Positions 58,162 to 64,000 of a stretch of 64,000 nucleotides of DNA are shown here, piece by piece. Source of the stretch: Gammaproteobacteria bacterium (lineage in GTDB: Bacteria; Pseudomonadota; Gammaproteobacteria; GCA-001735895). Numbering within the stretch: position 1 is the first letter of the stretch; each line of letters opens with the position of its first letter. The position numbers were made by a program, and so were the translations under genes. The stretch is taken from the NCBI GenBank assembly GCA_022340305.1, contig JAJDOF010000027.1, positions 12,682 through 76,681 on the forward strand. Reading direction: 5' to 3'. The notes under the pieces were generated by a model. The model did no database searches. It saw only the letters and a list, made by a program, of their open reading frames with translations, and was not told the origin of the DNA.

Positions 58162-59529
58162 ATGGCTATTGTTAACTCCGTACTCGAACTCATCGGCAAC
58201 ACGCCGATTCTCAAACTCAGCAAGTTCGACACCGGTCTCTGCGATCTGTTCATCAAGCTGGAATCCGAAAACCCTGGCGGCTCCATCAAGGATCGGATTG
58301 CGGTCAGTATGATCGAGGCGGCCGAAACGGAAGGCAAGATCCAGCCCGGCGGCACCATCATCGAGGCCACCGCGGGTAATACCGGACTCGGCCTCGGCCT
58401 GGTCGCCGCGCAAAAAGGCTACAAGCTAATCCTGGTCATACCCGACAAGATGAGCCCGGACAAGATTCGCCATATTCGTGCGATGGGCGTGGATGTGCGC
58501 CTGACTCGCTCCGATGTGCAAAAGGGGCATCCCGAGTACTACCAGGATTACGCCAAGCGGCTTGCGGCTGAAATCCCGAACTCGTATTTTATCGATCAGT
58601 TTTCCAATCCCAACAATCCGAAGACCCACCGCGTCAGCACCGGGCCCGAGATACTGCAGCAGATGGATAACGACCTTGACGCCATGGTCATCGGCGTCGG
58701 TTCAAGCGGCACCGTTACCGGTCTGGGACAGTTTTTCCATGAAAATCACCCTAAATGTGAAATGATAGTCGCCGATCCGGAGGGTTCGATCCTGGCGGAG
58801 ACCATTAATAACGGCACCACACCAAAAGCCGGTTCGTGGCTGGTGGAAGGTATCGGCGAAGACTTCATGCCGCCGATCTGTGACATCAGCCTGGTGAAAA
58901 AAGCATACGCTATCAGCGATCGCGAGGCTTTCCAGACACAGCGCGAACTGTTGCGCCTTGAAGGTGTTATCGCTGGTTCATCGACCGGTACCCTGTTAGC
59001 TGCTGCGCTGCGCTACTGCCGGGAACAAACCACAGCGAAACGCGTACTGACCTTTGCCTGTGATACCGGCAACAAGTATCTGAACAAATCGTTTAATGAC
59101 TCCTGGCTGGCCGACCAGGGATTGCTGGAACGCACCAATCACGGTGATCTGCGCGACATTATCGCCAGACCAATGGATAGCGGCGACATGGTAACGGTCA
59201 CTTCCGACGACAATTTGATTACCACCTACAAACGCATGCGTATGTTCGATGTATCACAACTGCCGGTCGTCAATGCCGGAAAGATCGTCGGCCTGATCGA
59301 CGAATCCGATATTTTGCTGGGACTGTTCGAAGACAAGGACAGCTTCCAGATGAAGGTGTCCTCGGTAATGGTCACTGACCTGGTGACGGTAGCGCCCAGC
59401 GCGAGCATCGATACGATTGTCGAACTTTTCAAGCAGGACAAGGTCGCGATCGTCGCCGACAGCGACACTTTTTACGGTTTGATCACCCAGATCGACCTGA
59501 TCAATCACTTGCGCCAGACCACGACCTGA
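58162..59529 (+). CDS. cystathionine beta-synthase-type PLP enzyme (CysK/CysM fold plus a C-terminal CBS-domain pair)
   Basis: GNTPILKL, PGGSIKDR and TAGNTGLGLG, followed by ~120 aa with two CBS-like repeats. 455 aa. Confidence 0.85.
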   Translation: MAIVNSVLELIGNTPILKLSKFDTGLCDLFIKLESENPGGSIKDRIAVSMIEAAETEGKIQPGGTIIEATAGNTGLGLGLVAAQKGYKLILVIPDKMSPDKIRHIRAMGVDVRLTRSDVQKGHPEYYQDYAKRLAAEIPNSYFIDQFSNPNNPKTHRVSTGPEILQQMDNDLDAMVIGVGSSGTVTGLGQFFHENHPKCEMIVADPEGSILAETINNGTTPKAGSWLVEGIGEDFMPPICDISLVKKAYAISDREAFQTQRELLRLEGVIAGSSTGTLLAAALRYCREQTTAKRVLTFACDTGNKYLNKSFNDSWLADQGLLERTNHGDLRDIIARPMDSGDMVTVTSDDNLITTYKRMRMFDVSQLPVVNAGKIVGLIDESDILLGLFEDKDSFQMKVSSVMVTDLVTVAPSASIDTIVELFKQDKVAIVADSDTFYGLITQIDLINHLRQTTT

Positions 59530-59680
59530 TCGGGAAAGGGGTTGCATCGTGCATCTTATACCGGCGGCCCCGCTCTGCTCGCAGCAGCGTACCATTTTGA
59601 CTTCCTGTGGAAAACATTATTAAATGCCGTGGCATGTCTGCCCGGTTATTCAGACTCACTTTCAACCAGAGACCCACGCG

Positions 59681-60628
59681 ATGGATATCAAGCGTCTGCT
59701 TACCAGTCTTAGCAACAAAATTCTTTCCCAGTTTTTTATTGTAATCGCGGTTGCCATCGCACTGATCGCCTTCAACTTCGGCTCGGTCTATCCGTTCTAT
59801 ACCCAGAATCAACTGACCAACACCGGTATAATCATCAACAGCGCCATTGTGGCGTTGTTTCTGCTCGGTATCGGCAATATCTTTTTCCACCTGCTGCGCT
59901 ACCGTCGTGAGGAGGCCGCCATTGCCACCTTCGTCAACAACATGGAAGCTCAGAATCCAGACTATTTCGAAGGCGTGCCAGTCGATTCGATCATCGCACA
60001 GCGTCACGGCACCATGCGCACCATTCAGACTGCGCGTGGCGAAATCGATCACAGTGCTCTGGCGGCAATGCTCAATGCCGATGAGGCAACCCAGTTCGGC
60101 CTGATCCGCTTCATTAATAATATACTGATCCTGACCGGCGTGTTCGGCACCATCGTGTCATTGTCTATCGCGCTGCTCGGGGCTTCCGACCTGATCGATT
60201 CGGCCGATGCCAGCCTTGGTGGCATGGGCCTGGTGATTCATGGCATGTCGACCGCCCTGTCGACCACCATCACCGCAATCGTCTCCTATGCCATCTTCGG
60301 CTATTTCTACACGCGCCTCGGCGACGTGCAAACCCATTGCCTGAGCGGTATCGAACAGCTGACCTCGATCTACCTGTTGCCGCGCTACGTGAAGGCCAGC
60401 GATGAGATCGTGCACAAGCTGAGCGACCTGATTAAATCCGTCATTCATGCCGCGGACAAGCTCGGGCAAACCCAGGACACCTACCACGACGCGGCGATCA
60501 CACTTCAACAGACGATCGGCGCCAACCAGCAGCAGGCCGACCGCTTCGCAGACGAACTGGCGCAGATACGGCAGATACTGCGTGAGGGCTTCCGCCTGCC
60601 GGCGGATCGCAACGACGAAAACCTGTGA
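59681..60628 (+). CDS. MotA/TolQ/ExbB-family ion-channel protein (4 predicted TM helices)
   Basis: LILTGVFGTIVSL and HGMSTALSTTITAIVSYAIFGYFY match the conserved last two helices of the family (GxxGTV ... SxALxTT). Start taken at MDIKR (ATG 59681). Confidence 0.75.
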   Translation: MDIKRLLTSLSNKILSQFFIVIAVAIALIAFNFGSVYPFYTQNQLTNTGIIINSAIVALFLLGIGNIFFHLLRYRREEAAIATFVNNMEAQNPDYFEGVPVDSIIAQRHGTMRTIQTARGEIDHSALAAMLNADEATQFGLIRFINNILILTGVFGTIVSLSIALLGASDLIDSADASLGGMGLVIHGMSTALSTTITAIVSYAIFGYFYTRLGDVQTHCLSGIEQLTSIYLLPRYVKASDEIVHKLSDLIKSVIHAADKLGQTQDTYHDAAITLQQTIGANQQQADRFADELAQIRQILREGFRLPADRNDENL

Positions 60629-61623
60629 ACAACGGCTTCGCCCAGATTGGTAGCAGCCACTCGGGGATTGGCGGAGAGAACAGTTTCTGGCCGTCCTTCA
60701 CCGACGTGATGATGGTGATTACCCTGATCTTCCTGATGGCCACCAGCCTTCTGGTCGTGCGCAACTGGCAACTGGTCGCCGAATTGCAGGAAAGCATCGC
60801 TGCCGAGCGTATGGCCACGCAGATGATCGAATCCACCTCGCTGGAAAACGCCACCCTGGAAGAACGCCTCGCTAACGCCGAGCAAAGTAACTCCATTCTG
60901 CGCCTGCGCCTGATGAAGAAAGACGAGGAACTGTCCAGCGCCCAATCGACGATCAGCGAGCAGGAGTCGAGTATCGCCTCGCTGCAGCAGGAAAATCGCG
61001 CAATGCAATCGTCATTGCAGCAAACGCGCGACGAGCTTGCGGCCGCCAACCTTGAAATCAATGCGACGACCGCGCAGTCCAATGAAATGGCGCGCCAGCT
61101 TGCGCAACTGCAGCAGCAACTGGCCCAACAGCAGCAGGCCGGTGAGGAAATCCGCGCCGAGCTCGACAGCGCACGCCTGCAGATTTCCGAACTGACCACA
61201 TCGAGCACTCAGCAACAACAGGCCATCAGCCAGCTCACCGAAGAAAAGGCGCAGTTGTCGCAGGAAATCATTGCCTATAACCAGCAACTGCTGACCTTGA
61301 AAGGCGAGTACGAAACGGTTAAATCACAGTACGAGGAACTGATCAAACCCGCGCGCAGTGCGAAAGGCAAGCACATCGCCCAGGTGTACTACGTCAAGGA
61401 CGAGTCCGGCCCCGTGATTCGCTATCGTCAACCCGGCGATGCGGGTTTCAGCCGGCTTAACCTGGCCGAAGTCGAAAAGCGTCTGGCGCAGCTCAAGCGC
61501 GAATACGGTAAAGATCTCTACATCAAGATCATCATCCCCGAGAACAGTGGACTCACCTATAACGAGGCCTGGGAATTCATGCGCAACCTGCTGGTCAAGT
61601 ACGATTACTATTACCAGGAGTAA
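60625..61623 (+). CDS. ExbD/TolR/MotB-like single-pass protein with a ~190-aa Gln-rich coiled coil inserted between the TM helix and the C-terminal domain
   Basis: GTG start overlaps the upstream TGA (GTGA). FWPSFTDVMMVITLIFLM resembles the ExbD/TolR TM helix with its conserved Asp. A long Q/E/L/A heptad-like region follows (QLAQLQQQLAQQQQAGEE). The C-terminal DLYIKIIIPENSGLTYNEAWEFMRNLL resembles the ExbD periplasmic domain. No OmpA-like motif is present. Confidence 0.65.
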   Translation: MNNGFAQIGSSHSGIGGENSFWPSFTDVMMVITLIFLMATSLLVVRNWQLVAELQESIAAERMATQMIESTSLENATLEERLANAEQSNSILRLRLMKKDEELSSAQSTISEQESSIASLQQENRAMQSSLQQTRDELAAANLEINATTAQSNEMARQLAQLQQQLAQQQQAGEEIRAELDSARLQISELTTSSTQQQQAISQLTEEKAQLSQEIIAYNQQLLTLKGEYETVKSQYEELIKPARSAKGKHIAQVYYVKDESGPVIRYRQPGDAGFSRLNLAEVEKRLAQLKREYGKDLYIKIIIPENSGLTYNEAWEFMRNLLVKYDYYYQE

Positions 61624-61676
61624 TCTCCTGCGGGAATGTCAATGCGCAGCCCCGCTGTCTTGAGAGGTCGGGTCCA

Positions 61677-61889
61677 ATGTCGGCAATAATCCTGGAATCG
61701 ACGCTGACCTGTCCGCATTGCGGCTATCGAAAAACCGAGATCATGCCAACCGATGCCTGCCTGTATTACTACGAATGTGAATCCTGCCAGATGCTGCTGA
61801 AACCTGCAGCGGGCGACTGCTGTGTGTTCTGCTCCTTCGCGGACGTCGAATGCCCATCAATCCAGCAAGCGCAAGCCCTCGGCAAATGA
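61677..61889 (+). CDS. GDCCVxC-motif cysteine-rich mini-protein (probable metal-binding)
   Basis: 70 aa with CPHC...CESC...GDCCVFC...C. I recall a family named after the GDCCVxC motif, some of whose members are selenoproteins. This recollection needs verification. Confidence 0.7.
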   Translation: MSAIILESTLTCPHCGYRKTEIMPTDACLYYYECESCQMLLKPAAGDCCVFCSFADVECPSIQQAQALGK

Positions 61890-62140
61890 TTCCTGGGCAC
61901 TCAAATCCGATGCAGCTCGATACGCCCACATAACATCCCGTTAGAGATGCTTATCCCCTGCTGTTAGCCTTACTTACAGGTGTGCGTCTGAAAAACTCGA
62001 CGCCTCCGGCTGGTCAGGGCATCCAATAGCGCGGTGCCGGGGTACAATCGACCCTGTCGCAATTTTAACCGTTAGTTTACTGCTGACAAGATCCCTGCAA
62101 TTCCCTGTACGCAAGCTTGCTGCTACAATTCTGCGACAAT

Positions 62141-62217
62141 GTCCCCGTGGCACAATAGGATAGCGCGACGCCCTCCTAAGGCGTAGGTTGCCCGTTCGAA
62201 TCGGGCCGGGGACGCCA
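62141..62217 (+). tRNA. tRNA-Arg (anticodon CCU)
   Basis: Hand-folded cloverleaf. Acceptor GTCCCCG/CGGGGAC, anticodon stem ACGCC/GGCGT with loop CTCCTAA, T-arm GCCCG-TTCGAAT-CGGGC, discriminator G and encoded CCA. There is one A-C mismatch in the D stem. Confidence 0.92.
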
Positions 62218-62266
62218 ATCAATAACGGTGTAGCATGCTTTCGGACCTGAACTCATTGGGCGCATC

Positions 62267-63604
62267 ATGAGTGACGCAGCCTACCAGCAGAAAAGCGCAC
62301 AACTCAGTCGCCAGCTGCGCGCGCAAACCGACGCCATACGCCTCGAAAAAACAACTTCCAATTTATTCCGTACACGCACACAACCGGCTGGCAGCAAGCT
62401 CGATGTGCGCGCGCTCAACCAGGTCATCAATGTCGACAACGAGAGGCAGGTGGTCGAGGTCGAAGGCATGACGACCTATGCTGACCTGACCGATGCCTGC
62501 CTCGCGCACAACTGCATGCCGCTGGTGGTTCCACAATTGAAGTCGATCACCATCGGCGGTGCGGTGTGCGGTATCGGTATTGAATCGACCTCGTTCCGCT
62601 ACGGGCTGCCGCACGAGACAATCAATCGCATGGAAGTACTGCTGGCCAACGGCGACGTGGTCGACTGCAGCCCCGACAACGAGCACAGCGACCTGTTTTT
62701 CGGCATCCCCAATTCTTACGGAACGCTGGGCTATATCCTCAAGCTCGAAGCCCGCACCTTGCCGGTTAAACCTTATGTTGAACTGCAACACATTCGTTAC
62801 AGTGATATCGATGCCTATTTCGCCGCAGTCGCCGATGCCTGTCAAAGTGACGTTGATTTCGTCGACGGCTCGATCTTCGATAAAAACGAAATGTACCTGA
62901 CGCTCGGTCATTTTCGCGATAGCGCTCCCTACACCAGTGACTACAGCTGGCTGAAAATGTATTTCCGCTCGATCCAGCAGCGCAGGCAAGACTTCCTCAG
63001 CGTGCACGACTATATCTGGCGCTGGGATACCGACTGGTTCTGGTGCTCGAAGAACCTGTTCGTGCAAAACATGCCGATGCGATTACTGCTCGGCAGAAAA
63101 CGCCTGAACTCGATCTCCTACCAGAAGGTAATGCGCTGGAACAACCGGGTTGGCCTCACCAAACGCATCAATCGCCTGCTTAACAGGGAACCCGAGGGCG
63201 TGGTGCAGGACGTCGACATCCCGCTCGAGCATGCGCCCGAATTCCTGCGCTTTTTCCTGCAGGAGATTGGCATTCACCCCGTATGGATGTGCCCGATCGG
63301 TGGGCACAATCTTGCTCACAATTTTCCGTTTTATCCCCTTCACGGCAGTGGTCTGTTTGTCAATTTCGGCTTCTGGGACATCGTACCCAACCCGCAACAT
63401 CACGAGCCCGGCTACTTCAACCGCAAGATCGAAGCCAGGGTCACCGAGCTGGGCGGCATCAAATCGCTCTATTCCGATTCCTATTACGACGAAGATCGAT
63501 TCTGGGAACTTTATAACGGCGAACGCTACCGCGAGCTGAAACAGCACTACGACCCCGATGGACGCCTGCGGAATCTCTACCAGAAGTGCGTATTACGCCA
63601 GTAA
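62267..63604 (+). CDS. FAD-binding oxidoreductase (PCMH-type FAD domain, DWF1/delta24-reductase-like)
   Basis: SITIGGAVCGIGIESTSFRYGLPHE and NSYGTLGYILKLE. 445 aa. I recall this family often lying next to cfa. Confidence 0.8.
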   Translation: MSDAAYQQKSAQLSRQLRAQTDAIRLEKTTSNLFRTRTQPAGSKLDVRALNQVINVDNERQVVEVEGMTTYADLTDACLAHNCMPLVVPQLKSITIGGAVCGIGIESTSFRYGLPHETINRMEVLLANGDVVDCSPDNEHSDLFFGIPNSYGTLGYILKLEARTLPVKPYVELQHIRYSDIDAYFAAVADACQSDVDFVDGSIFDKNEMYLTLGHFRDSAPYTSDYSWLKMYFRSIQQRRQDFLSVHDYIWRWDTDWFWCSKNLFVQNMPMRLLLGRKRLNSISYQKVMRWNNRVGLTKRINRLLNREPEGVVQDVDIPLEHAPEFLRFFLQEIGIHPVWMCPIGGHNLAHNFPFYPLHGSGLFVNFGFWDIVPNPQHHEPGYFNRKIEARVTELGGIKSLYSDSYYDEDRFWELYNGERYRELKQHYDPDGRLRNLYQKCVLRQ

Positions 63605-63642
63605 ACAGGGTCACGGCAGACATGACCCCAATAACAGCTTGT

Positions 63643-64000
63643 TCAGGCTTCGGCCGGCTCTTCTGCAGGTTCCGGGATAGTTGTTTTCGGCGCATTCTGT
63701 GGGTAGAGATGCGCCCGCGACCACGCCAGCTGGTTGTTTTGCTCCCGTGAAAAAACCACCTGGAATAACTGCAATTCACCAACATTGAACGCCGCGATCG
63801 ATCCAGCCAGGTAGAGCCGCCAGGTCCTGACAAAGGTCTCGTCCATCATCTCCCGAATTTCCGCGCTGTGCTGCTCGTAACGCGCCAGCCAATGTTGCAG
63901 TGTCAGCGAATAATGCAGGCGCAGGTTTTCCACGTCGAGCACCGACAGGCGATTAGGCTCGAAGATCGCCATCATTTCCTTCAGGCTGGGGGGATAGGCC
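63643..64000 (-). CDS. cfa: cyclopropane-fatty-acyl-phospholipid synthase family methyltransferase, C-terminal part (runs off the right edge)
   Basis: ENLRLHYSLTLQHWLARYE...FVRTWRLYLAGSIAAFNVGELQLFQVVF is the conserved CFA-synthase C-terminus. The frame stays open to position 64000. Confidence 0.85.
   Translation of the reverse strand, partial: AYPPSLKEMMAIFEPNRLSVLDVENLRLHYSLTLQHWLARYEQHSAEIREMMDETFVRTWRLYLAGSIAAFNVGELQLFQVVFSREQNNQLAWSRAHLYPQNAPKTTIPEPAEEPAEA

Noticed and set aside
60498-61208. 236-aa minus-strand ORF, Ser/Cys/Ala-rich.
   Set aside because: It is an antisense artefact of the CAG/CTG-rich coiled-coil coding region of the ExbD-like gene.
59681-61623. Possible Zorya (ZorAB) anti-phage system, because of a MotA-like plus MotB-like pair with a long coiled coil.
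   Set aside because: As I recall Zorya, the long coiled-coil tail is on ZorA (the MotA-like subunit) and ZorB has a peptidoglycan-binding domain. Here the coil is on the ExbD-like B subunit and no PG-binding motif is present. No ZorC/ZorD-like nuclease or helicase genes follow.
61890-62266. A genomic island integrated at tRNA-Arg(CCU).
   Set aside because: I could not spot an integrase, a direct repeat of the tRNA 3' end or a compositional shift by eye. The downstream genes (FAD oxidoreductase, cfa) are ordinary lipid-modification genes.

Overview
Chromosomal, mostly core-genome window of a gammaproteobacterium. All calls come from reading the sequence and the supplied ORF track, with no searches run. 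A soeABC-like cytoplasmic sulfite dehydrogenase operon suggests a sulfur oxidiser. Left to right: a truncated transaldolase and the nnr-tsaE-amidase cluster; ppc; small-molecule and detoxification genes (FAH, cysK, MFS, LysE, GNAT, phosphatase, GFA, GST, PhzF-like, PNPOx-like); soeABC; class II DAHP synthase and a MetF-like reductase; a PQQ dehydrogenase, CPXCG mini-protein and two-CXXCH protein unit; argG; and truD-tsaB. Next comes the long conserved minus-strand block rpsB-tsf-pyrH-frr-uppS-cdsA-dxr-rseP-bamA-skp-lpxD-fabZ-lpxA. This block ends abruptly in a 490-bp non-coding gap where lpxB would be expected. After it come map-glnD, an orphan cluster with a B12-binding-domain fusion protein, a CGL/enolase-superfamily/CBS cluster, and an ExbB/ExbD-like pair whose ExbD-like subunit carries a long Gln-rich coiled coil. 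The window ends with a GDCCVxC Cys-rich mini-protein, tRNA-Arg(CCU), an FAD oxidoreductase and a truncated cfa. I saw no CRISPR array, transposase, integrase or prophage genes. The most unusual items are the stand-alone ExbB/ExbD-like motor pair (59.7-61.6 kb), the B12-domain fusion cluster (51.8-55.6 kb), the PQQ-DH/two-CXXCH unit (23.4-26.7 kb), twin perfect 19-bp palindromes between soeA and the DAHP synthase gene, and ribosomal protein S2 with a ~150-aa repeat-containing tail. Start codons were chosen by eye, and the family assignments rest on recognised motifs and synteny rather than database searches.
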